From Anthoceros angustus (lineage: Eukaryota; Plantae; Anthocerotophyta): a stretch of 64,000 nt of DNA. The stretch lies in NCBI GenBank assembly GCA_010909165.1, contig MU008169.1, positions 1,240,001 to 1,304,000 on the forward strand, written 5' to 3'. The stretch's first letter is position 1. Each line of letters starts with the position of its first letter. This document shows, piece by piece, positions 34,385 to 49,100 of this stretch. Under the pieces are notes generated by a model, which was not told the DNA's origin, ran no database searches, and saw only the letters and a list, made by a program, of their open reading frames with translations. Both the position numbers and the translations under genes were made by a program.

Positions 34385-36063
34385 CTAAATGGTGGCAGAC
34401 GGAGATGTCAGCAACTCAAGGGATCTCCTCAGGTAAGACAGAGCTGTGGGAACATCATCAAATGCCAGGGCACTCACAGCATACCTTGAGGCCTTGTGAG
34501 CCTCTGCAACCTTTTCTGGTGGTGGCTGATAGGTGCCATCAGAATTTCCTTGCATTGCCGAGTAGGGGACTTCATCAAAGGGAGGTGCAGATGCAGCCCG
34601 CTCATGGTGTGGACGTTCGTAGTATCCACCACTGTAAGGCTGCGGGGGAGCAGATCCGAAGATGGGAGCATTGGGTGGGTGGAGATCATTTCTAGGGTGG
34701 AGATCCTGTCTAGGAGTGTAGGGGGGGGGTAATGGATCCGGGCTAGGGTGGTAAGAAGGATCCTGGGGTGGTGAAACAGGGAAGGGCATGTGTGCCGGAG
34801 GTGGTTGAGGCTGATCAAACGAAGGATACGGCACATGGAGATGGCTAGGATTGTGACCTTGACCTCCCACGGCATCTGATGGATGACGATTCGGATACCA
34901 TTGTGATTCACTCCCTGCTGCTCCTGCATCATGAGCTGCTGCTGCAGCTGGGGCATAACCAGTGCCTGGACTTGCTGCAGGAGACGTTGCATAACCTTGA
35001 CCAGAAGCAGGATACCCTGAATCTGGGCTCTCTTGGTGCAAGTGCTGCTGGAAATCGTGGGAGGCTTGAGGGCTTAAATATCGGTCACCAGAGGAGAGCC
35101 CTTGTTGAGGACTCACTTGTTGAGGACTTTGAGATTGATCCAAGTCTCCCCCTGGAGGACCTGGTGTCGGTTTCCGCCCCTCACTTACTGCCTTCCTGAT
35201 ATCGGCAGCCTTCCAAACCGAGTACTTGGCCTTCTGTTCAATCTGCAGCTCTCAGGCATGCAATCATTCAGCTCGACTGCCAACAAACCAGTCACGAAAG
35301 CACACAACCAATGACCACAGACAGTCTTGACTGCCCTACACAAACCAGCCATGGCCCCGCCAAGAACTTACATCAGGCTGGAGGTCACCAAACTGATGAA
35401 GCACATCAAAGAAGATACTGGCTGCATAGAACGTCTTCGCTGTATTCCTGAACACAACTCCAACCATGTAACAGTCTGCCACAAACACCTCATATCCAGC
35501 AAGCCCAAGCTTTTATCAAGGTTCACAGATTCACCAGAAATCCACTCTACACGGCGGTACCTACAAGTCAGCACGACCAGCTCTGTCTTGCTTGTCCGCC
35601 TTGGAGAAAACGCTAAGGGCAAATCCCTCCATGTACAGGTTGTCCTCGGGGCTCACTTTCACCACCTTCTTGTCCTGCACAACCGCCCGAATTACACCCA
35701 TATCCAATTCCCCTTTTCCAGCACACAAAACACCCACAACTCCCCCCGACCAATATCTCCTACCTTCTCCAGCTGGTTCATCAGAGACTCCAGCAACTTA
35801 TTAGTTGCCTTGGTTCGTTCTTTCACTGGAATCTTCAGCCCAAGCTCCATGGCATACAGCCGACCTGCCCAACACCATCACACGCATGCAAAGCGCAGGG
35901 AAAGATGAGACGAACCCAACGAAGACAAATCCCGGGCCGCAGAGACTGGATTCAACTCACAGTAGTAGGCCACCAGGAGATCATGCTTGTGAAGCTCATC
36001 CGCCCGCTGAAGGAAAGGAAGAAGCTGCTTTGCTGGCTCTGGCTTGGCTGGAGATGCCGACAT
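34385..36063 (-). CDS. LIP5: LIP5/VTA1 (SKD1/Vps4 activator, ESCRT); exons 36063-35961, 35864-35764, 35674-35565, 35447-35372, 35242-34385
   Basis: EPAKQLLPFLQRADELHKHDLLVAYYC|RLYAMELGL..|..FSKADKQDRAGRAD|LNTAKTFYAASIFF..|KYSVWKAADIRKA, Pro/Gln-rich linker, C-terminal VSL domain AEAHKASRYAVSALAFDDVPTA. Confidence 0.95.
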
Positions 36064-37193
36064 TTGCGCGCTGTGCTGGTCTCGTCAGATCAGATCAACA
36101 TCGAAGCAGCCAGTGCTGTGGTCCTGGCCCGTGACTTCTTCAGGACTCGTCTGGGGTTACATACACAGGTGTCGGGTGTTCATGTAATAACAGGAGGTAC
36201 TGTCCTGAGTTTACAAAAATGTACCTACGTATACTACGACAGCTTCTACATGTAACATGTCACCGGCGTTTTCTCTATAAGCGGGGTTTAATACTAAAGT
36301 CGTCATAAAGCCCCGTCAAGCGGCCGGTCTAGCGCTGCCTGACGCACTTCTCGAGATCACTGGGACGGGAGCGCTGCTGCTGCGGCGACCAGCGGACACG
36401 GCAATTTTGCCGGCATTTGTCCCGTGTGTTGAGATATGAAATCTGCTCGTCATGCCGGGGCCGGTGGATGGCGCGCCTCTTCGCCGCGCGAGGACCAGCG
36501 CCGACTTGTGTTCTGCAGGCTTGCGGATTGCGCAAAATTTTGGATCAGGAGCGTCCATTCTGTGCTCCACTTGTGCTCATCGCAGCATCCAAGCTGTGCA
36601 AGAAATGCGGGTCTTGAAAGCACAATTTGGTGCGCACGTTGAAGTACTGGAAGCTCGCAAGAGCAGTTCCGGTGCCTGCGCGCAGCCACAGGCTCGATCT
36701 TGGCCCGGTGCTGGCGCTACCATGCATGGACCCTGTCCCAGAGACAGGCCTGCTACCGCATTATGGCTATGACTGCCTCTCGATGTCTTGGACACAGTCG
36801 GGATCCGCAGGGATGATGACCTACGCAGTGGTGGATACGGGGGGCTAGATCCCCGAGCGCACTGCTGTGAGCAAGTCTTGTCATCGCAGGAGCTTCGAAT
36901 TCGATTCTTTTGAAATGGTGCCTTCCGTTCCTGATTTTTTTCTGCTGCTGACCGTGTGGTGTTGTTCTCCTTTGCGGGACGCGAAATTGAGTTTGCTAGA
37001 CTTTTGTGTGCTGTGCAGGAGCTCCGGAGAAGGGTACTTGCTGGCAGCACGAGTCTGAGCTATGTGATGTTGCTAGCGTTGGTCTTCTTGTCAGTGAGCA
37101 ATGGTTAGTAGTACTGTTGTCACCGCTTGCTGTGGCGGATTTTGTTTTGAGAGAGAGCGGTTTAGCTCAGATGTTGTGCGATGCATTTCATAG

Positions 37194-40100
37194 GCTCTCC
37201 TGTTGACGTGGATCTACGAGGTGAAGAACGCTTGGAGCACTCGCTTCAATTTGCCGATCCCTGGGCGTCGTACGCGGTTTACGTTCGGGACACAGGATCC
37301 GGAGCAAGTGTGACTATTTTTGCTGTAAACCTGACGGATGGCATGCCATTGTCCGGAGCGAAGCTGGTGGCTAGAGTGAGCCCGACGAATGTTACGTTTT
37401 CGGCACAGCCTAGTAGCTACACTCCCGGGGTTTATGTTATATCGGTGGATGTGAGCCTGTTTGGAGCTTACTCATTCAATATACTGAGCTGTGTCTCCGA
37501 TGATACTTGCAGTCCTATCAGTCGTGATGTGTATATGTTTAATGTCGGAGGAGCACTTGCTGCTTCCCACAGCTTTGCAAGTGGTTATTCTGATACATAC
37601 ACTGTAGGTGAGATAGCAAGCTTCAACATAACAGCTGAGGACTCACATGGGATTGTGGATACTGTAATCTATGATCCATGTCCATTTCAGGTCAACATCT
37701 CTTCGTATACGGATGGGGAGGATCCCCTTACCTATAAAATAATTCCACAAGGGCAAGGAATATATACTGTGCAGTTTGTGCCTATCAGAGTGCAATTGTA
37801 CTTCGTGTCCGTGACCATCTCTGGAACAGCAATATACGCAGGGGAGTTCTGGTTCAATACTACTATTGATGCTGCCACTGCTGTGAAGAAATTTGCTTTT
37901 GAAACTGATGCCTGGGACAATTCTAGCAGAGTGATTGTGGGGGAGCATCTCTATTCCCTAGTCAGTACAGATCCTGATTATGAAGTCATCAACAATTTTA
38001 CAATCCAAGTTGCCCCTTCGGGAGATTTACTCATGAATGCATCTGTCTTCACTTGCACAGATTTTCGGGTCACTGTGGGTTGTAGCTTTAGTATGAACAT
38101 CACAGTCCCAGGAAATTACTCTGTTTATGTCACTCTATTCGATGAGCCTTTGCCAAATTCACCTTTTACAGTGGAAGTTCTTCCTGGGATGGCTGTCGGT
38201 TTGAAATCAACACTTTCTGTGAAGTATGCTGGAATTACTGCCGGACAGTCGATAGCATATCAAGCATTCCTTGTAGACGAGTATGGAAATCCCGCTTCGA
38301 GCACCTTTAAAGGTGGCCCTGACTCACTTAATCTAATTGTGGGTCTCTACAGCTTATTGCCACCCATATTTGGAAATATTTCAGCCTTTCTTGACAACTT
38401 AGGCTATCCTGTACCTGGAAAGTACTTAGCCACGTTCAATGCAACTTTGGCGGGGAACTTTACAGTCTTTGCCTTCTTTGGTTCCTCTGTTCTTAACTCT
38501 CTTCGGGGTTCAGGGTTCACATTGGTTGTGAACCCCAGTGTGCCGTCTGCACATACTTCATTTTTGGACAACTTCAGTAACTTCACAGTGGGTAGCTCCA
38601 CACTGATGAAGGTCTACCTCAAAGATGCATACAATAATACTGTATCTAGGAACCTGCAGGTGGCAATCATTGTTTCTAAGGATCCGTCTAGTTTCACCTA
38701 TCCTGCTGTGTCCACAATTGGTGAACATTTTGAAGCTGTCGTCACCGGAATTTTCAAAGCTGACAACTACCAGGTAGTGAGGGCTTCTATCCCATTAATG
38801 TACTGTGGCCCATAATGCAGCTAAACGTTTCCAACCTATGATGTCATAAAGAACTGTTACATTGCTGAGCTCCGATCAGACCTTGGGCCTGAAAATGTTA
38901 GTAGTTGGTGTACGCACATGCTGGTCCCCAGTACATATGGCTGGCAATATGATTGCGAAGTCTGTTTGCAAAAATATTCTGTAAACAGTTCTGAATTTTG
39001 CAGGTGAATGTCTCTGTCAATGGATCCTCTCTCCTTGGCGGCTATCACCTACATGTGTTTGGAGGTCAAGCAGCCCCAAACAACTGCTCGTTTGTTGGCT
39101 TGCAAAACACTGAAGCTGGAATTAGCAGTTCTTTTGTGCTGCAACTGGCAGATGAATATGGCAATCCCCCTACAATAGATGCAGACATTCAGATTGAGAA
39201 CTACCTCAGGATCTTTTCCCCCCGGGGTGATGACTATGCAGACGTACGAGTGGCCCAATTTTCTGCTGGACTTTACAACGTAACGTATAGGGCCACAAAA
39301 GCACTGGTGTATGTGGTAAGCTTCTTTGTAGGCCATCAGCAACTAAGCAAAGAGATACTGGTTTCTCCGGGCCCTTTGGATGTGAAGCAGTGCTCCTTTT
39401 CAGGTCCTGGAACGATCGGAGGTTTTGTTAATAGAACTGTAAATATTACCATTTCTCCCAGGGATTCATATGGGAACAGACTGCATGTGAATGATGTCGA
39501 TAAGTTGATATTCCAAGTTTCAGGAACAGTGAGGCCTTTTGATGCGGGAATGCCTGAAGGGGGCCTTTGGATATCTCCTGTGTTTCTTGATCTAATTGGT
39601 GATGCATACATGTTTGGCTACAGTAGTCAGGTTTCTGGAAATGTTATTCTCACAGTAACCGCTGAGAACCATATTTATATCATTAAGAGTACTCAGAGAT
39701 CGGGGCGTCTAAGTGTACATAACACATATTTGTCAGGTATGGGTCTCAACGGCACTGCAACCAATAAATGGGCCATGTTCTACATACACGCATGTGATGC
39801 ATTTGGGAATCTGAAGAGTGATCCGGGAAGCATTGGAGAGCCTTTTCGGGCAGCAATATGTAGTGAAAATGGCGCGTGCAGCACTAGCAATATTTCTATT
39901 ACTGACCGCCACTACATGATGGGACAATATGTCATGAGCTATCAGGCACCTGTGAGTGGTAATTACACCATCTATATCTCTTGGCTTGGCACGGATATAA
40001 ATGGAAGTCCCTTGGTGGTGCCAGTTGTGGATGCATCTGTCAGCCGAATACTGGACCCCTTGCAGTTTGTTCTTTGTTCTGATCTCTCAACACCATATTT

Positions 40101-43100
40101 CTGCCCTGGACTGTTTGGTGCGTATGCCGGCCAAGAACAAAGTTTTACGCTTATGGCAGCAGACAACCAAGGCATTCCTCTGTTTTCTGGTGGAGCGCAT
40201 CTTTTACTTAGCATGTCACCTATCGCTGTTTCAAATAACACACTTGAGGACGTGGGGACTGGAGACTACGTGGTTCGCTATTGCATTTTCAAAGCTGGAA
40301 GTTATAATCTGACGGTCACCTATAACGGACTGGCTGTTGTTGACCGGCAGGTTCAAATTGCTCCAGGTGTCACATATGCGTCTAAGTGTACTCTGGTGGT
40401 ACCTTTTCCATTGTCATATCCAGTAGGATTGCTCTATGCTAGTGCTATCATCTCCCTGGACATGTATGCAAATCAGCAGGTATACGGGCCACAATATGCC
40501 TACTCTCTTGATCAGTTTGAAATTGTGGCCAACAAGAGTACTGGAGAGCAGGTACATGGCAATGTATCTGTTGCTGGAAACGGTTCAGTTGTTGTCTCCA
40601 TCATTTCCTATTTTGCTGGGACCTACAATGTTTCTGTGCTGTTGAATGGTGAACTTATCTCTGGGGCAAATCAGATTGTTCTCTTCCACCCAGGTGCTCC
40701 TATCATGAGCAACAGCCGCATTTCTTTCAACAATTGGACAGTAGCAGGTGACTTGGGCATTATATACATATTCCCCGTTGATGCGTTTGGCAATGAATTA
40801 ACTAGTGGTCTGAATTGTTCTGCAAGTGCTGCAAGTATTGGTGGTGGCTCATTTCCTCCACCATACTGTAACTCGTCTACTCACCCTGTGGAAGTGACTT
40901 ACAACTTGACCAAGACAGGGATCTACTACATCAGTTTTAACTTGTATGACTCAACTGGGGCTGGGTTTCGTTCTACAGCAAACATTACTGTCAAATCCGG
41001 ACAGCCAGCAGGACTAAACTGCAGGCCGGTTGATACTGTTTTTACAACGCAAACAGGAGCAACAAGCAATATGCTCATCGATTGCCAAGACTTGTGGGGA
41101 AATACCTGCACGGACGACTTTTCAGGGCTCTTCATGGTCTCATTGTGGATGAATGACTTTCCACCTGTCTATGCAAGTGTTTCGTTTGACGGTATCCATC
41201 TTGTTGCAACATATGCTCTTTACAAGTGTGGTAATTATACTAGTGAGGTTTGGTTTCAGGGTTTGAACATACCTGAGAGCTCCTGCATTGTCACTGCATC
41301 TCCAGCTCCTTCTTCAAGTACACTTTCATTTGCTCTTTATGGCCCAATTACCGCTGGTAAGCTCAACACGAGCTTGGAAGAAGCTAGAGTGTCTGCAGGA
41401 ACCATGGGACTTCTGAAGGTTGTCATTGTGGATATGTATGGTAATAGACAGGACATATCCGTTGCAGATACCATCAATGTCTCATTTGCACCTGTTCCTG
41501 GAGTTCCTCCTTACATCAGCACGGGTGCTTATGTGAAGCCAGTAAATATGAAGACTGATCGTAATTCAGATGGAACATGCAATGTAACATTTTCAGCAAA
41601 CATTGCGAACTTTCTCCATAAAGACTCCTTCTGGCCAATAAGGTATCTTCTGTCAGTGAGACTGCTAGGGGAAGACGGACTGTTACATGAAATTGCTGGG
41701 AGCCCTTTCAGATTCCTGGTCTCGCCAGGTTCGGTAAGTGTTGCAAAATCTATCCTTAAACAGACGGAGAGCTGGTCTGATGTCCACGGTTTGATGTGGA
41801 TGGTTACATTGATTCCAAAGGACATATTTGGCAATGCTGGCCCATTCGAGCCAACCTTGAGCATCACTGCACATCTTCAGGGCAATGATTATTTTCTGTC
41901 CAATGGATCCGCGGAAGGTTGGCTTGATTCTCCCAGTTATAATTATTTCCTTCAGATTGAGCAATTCTTCCAGGGCGCTGGTCTAACCATGAACTACTCC
42001 ACTCCCCCTTTAATAGTTGACAATTACAACGGTACTTTTTTCATCTACTTCAGTGTGCTAAAAAGCAGCTTCTACAATGTGTCCATTTTCATCAATGGTG
42101 CACTCGTGGGCGGTCCGTCGGTCACTATCACAAACTATCAAGTGATGCCGGGACCAGTGGACATGCGGCGGTTAAACCCAACAGGTTTGGGACTTGGGTA
42201 TAATGCAACAGTAGCTGGTCAGCTCAGTGCTATTCTGGTACAATTTGCTGACAAATTTGGCAACCCTGTAGACTTGGGCCAGGATGATGCAGCTCATCTA
42301 GTGGCCAATCTCACAGCGGACTTTCATGTCCATGTGTGGACTGGGGCGAGCTTCTTGGAGCTTCCAGATGAGGAGGTGGTCACTGGGAAAAATTTCTCGG
42401 TTGATGGAGAAGGGCTTGTATGGTTGTTCTACCAACCTCTGAGAAGTGGGCAGCTGATGCTAGATCTTGGTTACAGAGATTCCACCACGTCACTTGTGGA
42501 GAAGGTGTTTGGTAGTCCATTCTATGGGACCGTGGAACCAGGGACCATTCTTTCCAGCAATTGTGTAGCTTTCGGACCAGGCATGCGTTCTGCGTTGGCT
42601 TGCAACAACTATATGTGTCCTAATAGCTCCATTTTTCTTGAAGCTCGTGACAGCTACAACAACTTTGTGAGCTCTGATTTATCACCGAGTATATGTGAAA
42701 GCTTCACTGTAATCGCAGGCCCCAGCATGTCGTTTCGTAATGCAGTTCCTTTCAATGGGCGATGCCTGCTGACGTACACAGCTTCAAAAGTCTCGACTCA
42801 GATTATTGCAATTCAATATATGTGGAGCCCCATCCAGTCCAGTCCATTTCAGGTGGCTGTGCGTCCTACTGTTGGTGATCCAAGTCCCCGTAATTGTCTG
42901 GCTTCAGGAGATCTCGGAGGAATAATAACCGCAGGTGCAGCAGCTACTATCACAGTCAGGCTTGTTGATACAAATGGGGTGGAGATTTTTGAAAGCCCTT
43001 CTGGTACTGCAAATTATGTGAACCTGGTGATCGTCAACAGCACCATTGGAGTTGCGGCAGCTGATGTGATATCCAAGGACAACAACGATGGTACATTCAC

Positions 43101-46100
43101 GCTTAAGCTGGTAGCTTTCAGCTCTGGGTTGTATTCCTTCAACATTCTGGTGGGGCCAATGAAGATGCCCTTGGGAGGAAATGGCGATGGCTATGTACTG
43201 AGGGTTGTGTCTGGGCCAACAATTATTGCCAAAACAACTGCGTCTTTGGTAAGCAGCCATCCTTTGTACAGGACGGGCAAGGATGCTGTGGTGATTGAAG
43301 TGCAGCCACTGGACGGATTCGACAATTTTCAAGACAATGTCGTCAAACTTTCTGACTTCTTTGTGGCTCAAATCATTCAGCCAGATGGTATGTCCACCTT
43401 CGCTCCTCTGACACTGGATTCCACTGTCAGTGACAAAGAAGTTCCTTATCAGAAGTGGGTGCTCAGCTACATTCCGCTGCAATCACCGTTTGGAGGTAGT
43501 GTCTACAGTTTTGAGTTTTTCTGGAGTGATGGGTATCTGCTAGAGACCATCAACACGAAGATTTCTCTGCCCACATCTCCTGGTGAGCCGTTCTTAGATC
43601 ACACACAAGTAATTGGTCAGGGTGCAATAACTGCAGTCGCTGGATTGCAGGCTACATTTATTGTCCAGCTTTATGATGAGTATCAAAACCTTATTCGTTC
43701 AGAGTGGGATGTTCTGAATTCAAATGTGACAGTCGTCTTGAGCATAAGCAATGTTCCCATCCAGGTTAACTGCAGCTATCTGTACTCACCGACTGGTTTG
43801 ACTTGTAACTATACCGTGGCAGAAAGTGGCAACTACTCTCTTAAAGTGGCTTTTAACTCAACAGAGTATAAATCTTTTCCAAATGTTATAGTTGGCCCAG
43901 CACCGGTGTATCCCCCTTATTGTACTGCATCAGGTGATGGAGTTGGGGAAGGTGCTCCAATCTATGCGGGGGTACCAGTAAAGTTTGCAATACAACCATA
44001 TGACATGTTTGGCAACCGAATTTTCACAGGTGGAGATTCTTTTTCTGTGGTGCTGGACATGTACAATGACAGTGGCGACTCTTATCTGCAACCCCCGTCC
44101 GTGTATCCCAAGTGGACAGGAACTGAGTATGAAGTTTACTACACTCCGATGCTTGCTGGCTATGGAATTGTACATGTCAGGAGAGGGCTGGGAAGTATCC
44201 TCAACTCTCCTTTTCACATCCATGTGAACCCTGGGCCTGTAAGTGCAGAGCATTGTGTTGTACGACCTAGCTCGTTTAGCAGCTGTATGGCTGGAGACAT
44301 GCATAGCATCACACTGGTTTCGTTTGATAAGTATGGAAATATTCGACCCACAGTGACAGACTGGTTTGAGATTAGTAAACATGTAGAATATGCACCCAGT
44401 GAATCTGACATGGCAACAATGGGACCGCTTGGGAATGGGGTCTACCAATATGTTTATATGTGTCAGCATGCAGGCACTGTCTTGAATATGAACTGTACGA
44501 CTATCACTGTGCGCTTTGGTGAGTCAATTGTACTAAGCACCAAGCTTCGTGTGATACCTGGGCCTGCTGATATCTCAAAGTGCGCAGTCGTCTTGAAAGA
44601 ACGCATCCTTGTTGCTGGATCAGTTGGAAGTGTTGTTGTTGTGAGCAAAGATTCTTTTGACAATCAGCTTTGGGTTGGTGGCCTCGATTTTCTGGTCTTT
44701 GTGACTATCGATGATATAAATTCCACTGTCACACTTGTTGACAATGAAGACGGGACTTACTTGTTCATGTATGCAGCCAAGACGAGTGGCAACTACACAG
44801 TGCAGGCATCCTTTGGGGGACAAGTTTTTTTTCGTGACTATGTTCAAGTTTTCCCTGGGCCACCAGATTCATTCACTACTATTGTTACATTTGATTCTAG
44901 TGGATATGCATCAAATGAAGTGGGCAAGTTTCAGATTCAGATTTTTGACAAATTTTCGAATGCGATCATGGCAGATGTGTTGGATACCTCGCTGCTGTTA
45001 GTAACGCTAATGTCAAGCACCTTCCCATCATTTGCATGGTACCCTGAATCAAACATGTCGTTTACAGGGACTTCGTACGAAGTACGATTTTTATCTCAGC
45101 ATCCTGGTGTTATTCGCCTCTCATTGAACATCTCAAATGAAATGTTGTTGAACTTCAGTAGCTCAGCACCATATTCAGTTGTGGTAGGCCCTGGTCTTCC
45201 TTTTGTCCCTAATTTTGCCTTGTTTGGACCCGGGATTGATGCTGGCGGGATTGTGAATTGGCCAGCCACCTTCTACGTCCACATGAGGGATTCAGATGGA
45301 AATCTAATCACGAATCATCCGCATGGAAGTTGGAGCCTGAGCTTCAGCCCCATAAATGTTGTTCCTGTTCGCCCAGCCCCCTTTTTCTTGCTAGACGGAA
45401 CTGTTATGTTCACATACATTCCTGTGAGGCCAGCGGTTGATCTGGCAATCACAGTTCTTTATCGTGGGCAGAAAGTGGGATCCGTGAGGTATGTCAAAGT
45501 CAAGGCTCGACCTGGATTTTGGTCACTGAAGAATTGTGCAGCTTTGGACTCGTATGGAGTTCCAATTCACACTTCCAAAGCTGTCACAGCTGCAGTTGGC
45601 ATGAACTTGACAATCAATTTGCAGGTCAGAGATAAGGATGGTATGGATATACCTGCGCCTGACCCAACCCTTCTCACGTTTCAGGCAACAGTTTCAGGAG
45701 TTCCAATATCTGTGGCCCCCACCAGCAGTGGGCTTTATGGTTTTACAATCACAGATACCGTAAGCAAGAGATATGTTATTGAAGTCACTGATGGGGTGCA
45801 GTTTATTCAAAACAGTGGATTTGTTGTGAATCTGTTGCCTGGCCCATCACACCCCCTGAACACGCAGATTCTCACCTCTGATGGGCTACATGCATTTGAT
45901 CCCAGTACTGCTCTTGTGGCTGGTGAGGAGACAATACTTCTGTTACAAGCATGTGACGGCTATGGTAACAAACAAGTTTTCAATATCTTAAATTCTCCTG
46001 ACATCTTTTCAGCGGCTTTGCAATTGCTTCCCAGCAAGGCTCTCTTTAATTCCTACATTTCACTGTATGATATTGGTGTGGTGACGGAGCTCCATATCTA

Positions 46101-49100
46101 CCCTTACTTGTCAGGTGATTATTTGTTGAGTATCACCGTGAATGGAGCCTTTGTCCGGACCCTTTCTCTCCACGTTAAGGCTGGTGCTTTTGACTTTCCA
46201 TGTTTTGAAATCTTCCCATCAAAGTTGCCTATTTTTTACGCTGGTGTGGAAAGTGGATTTGAGCTTATTCCAAAGGACTCGTACTTGAATACATTTGACG
46301 GAGCAGCTGGTTGGGGCGACATCTGTGTTGAGCTGCAGCCAACTGATGGGAGCACCTCTATTCGAGCATCAATTTCACCCCAGGTGAATAGCACGGCCAT
46401 ACTAGTGTCTTTCACGCTTACTCTGGTGGGCTCATACTCCATTGTGGCATCAAATGCCACCTCGAAGATTACAGGAAACCTCCAGAAGTCAGATTGGGCA
46501 AGGTTGGAGACGATCACAGTATTGGCGGGTCCCATTGAACCGTCTTCGTTGGTGACTGCTTTACCGTTAGTTAGTAATACAGCTGGTAAGATGGTCATGC
46601 TGCACTACACGGCCTTTGACGGTTTTGGTAATGTGAATTACAGTAGTCCACAGATAATGACAAGCCCGCCATATTGGGTAGAGGTGACGTCTGCGTGTTC
46701 CTGGGACGCTGCTGGCCAGCAGTCATGTGGTCTTCATTCCTTCTCGACGTCTTTCCTGCCTACCATGCCGGGAACGGTAAACATGTCGCTGATGTGGGGA
46801 GAACTGGTGTTTCAAACCACTGTGGATATCTTACCAGCTTCGTCACCTCAACTTTTGTCAGCCAAGTTAGCAGATAGTTTAGCACACATAATTGTTTTGT
46901 TCGACAGTGACACGGATGGGGGTTCCCAAAATAGGACATTCAGTTCAACAGGATGCAGCAGATTGTTTAACAGTTCTCTGCTGCTAAAGCTAGGGACAAA
47001 TCCATCTTGCACATTCCAAGACCCAAGGACATTGCTGATTTTCGTGGGGCATAATGCCTCAATCTTGCCAGCAGATTCTGAGTCGCCTGATTTTATTGGA
47101 CTCTTGGATAACTCCGTCTCTGGTGCTGGGGCCAATTCCTTTCCTGTGACAGGTTCTGTGGTGCTCATGCCACCTGATGCACCTATAGCGCCCAAGGCAA
47201 GACTGGTGGCACCGACTTCAATAAGTCCTTGTGATACCCTTGTGTTGGATGCGTCAGATTCATCCGGCTCTGGTGGGCGACCCTTGATATTTAAGTACTC
47301 TGTAGAAGGAACAGGAGATCAAGACGTTCTTGTTGCTATTGCTCAATGGCTCAATGAGGTGCCGTCATCAAAGATGACTGCTGTTCTGAGTGCAAACATG
47401 CTACAAGCTGGCCAGAAATACACTTTTTTTGTGACAGTTATGAATTTTATCGGAGTGCACAGCAGGAGCTCAATCACAGTACGCACGATGCATGTGCCTG
47501 TTCCACTGCTAACCATTCCTGTGGCTGATGGCATCCTTTATGGTACTCGTGGCCAGCTTTTTGAAATTGAGGCAGTGGCTTCTCTTCCTTCCTTGGCAAT
47601 CCTAGCATCTAACGGTAGCTGTAGTCCAGCATTACCTTCAGCTCAGAAGCCTTCTCTTCTATATGAGTGGTCACAGTCTGGCGGACCCATCCTGGATTTC
47701 TCTTCAATCATATGGAAAGCACGAGTTCTAAGTGTTCGGGGTGAGTTGTTGGAAGCTGGGTATATGTACAACTTTACTGTGAGATGTTCGATGCAAGGGT
47801 TCCCGATGTCTTTTTCAGAGGCGGCTGTTGCTCTGGCAGCTGAATCTTCTTCTTTATCAGTCGCGATAATTGGTGGCAACCGCACGGTAGACTCGTCTCA
47901 AAACGCCACGCTGGAAGTAGATGCGCATGATGCAGATTATTCTGTTGATCTTAACGGCCAAAGTTTGCAGTTTAGATATGCTTGGACTTGTGATCCAGAC
48001 CTGGGCGTAAATGCGTCCCCTCTGTATGAGTCATCTACTTCGAATGGATTTGGTAGGAAAATTACAATTCCTGGTGGATACCTTGCGGATGGGACGTACA
48101 ATTTTTCTGTAAGCGTTGATAAAGAACCTTTAGTATCAGGTCGTATTGGAGTGACAGCGTGGGTTCTTGTGACTGCGGGATCACACCTGTCAACCGTCAC
48201 TGCGGTGATTGAGAATGCTGCTGTTGTTGCCCAGGGTATTGAATGTTCAAAGCAGCTGAAGGTGTCATGCTCAGATGGTCTGTATCACTATAAGTGGTCA
48301 ATCTGGTCTGCCGTGGATCAGAGGGACTTGGTGAGTTCTCAGTCTGTGTTTGCTGTGTCCCACCATCTGCTGATTCCAGCGAATACTCTTTTAGGAGGAG
48401 CCTCTTATATGATTTCCTGCAATGCATCTAATAAGTTTGGTCACCCGGGAAGTGCGAACATAACGATAGACACTCTTCGTGATCCTACCGGTGGCACTGT
48501 CATTTTAAGTGCAAATTCAGAATCTGACATTGCTGGCCAGACACTGTACAGCCTCATTGCTTATGATTGGACCCCAGGCCAAGGCATAGGAGCGCTCAAG
48601 TACGAGTTCAGATATTTTCTTGAAGGAGGAATGGAGACAGTCGTACAGCCCCTTTCACTCACTAACTTTGTGGAAAATGTCGCAGTGAAAGCAGGGAATG
48701 TGACATTTAGAGTTTACATTGCAAACCCCACAGCAGGTTGGATATCAGCAGGTGATGCTCCACAGGGAGCTTTGTATGAGCTTCCACCCATCACCGTCTC
48801 TGCTTATGGAGAGTCAACGTTTTCTTCCTTGGAGGATGAGAATGCTTTATATAACAGCTTCCAAACTCTTCAAGGGCAAGGGGAATACTTCCAGGCCCTC
48901 AATGTGATGGAAGTTTTTGGCTCATTGTACATATTCAAGGGTGCAGAATGCTTTGCTGATAGTTCCGTAGTTCCGTTGGTAAATGATATGCTGATGATGA
49001 TTGCTGCCTCCGATTCGCTGTATCCGTCCCCCTATGTGAGTGACACAACGACAGCTGGGACTGGTCCCAGCATTGCTATTGCACTTGCATGTGCTCTGGG

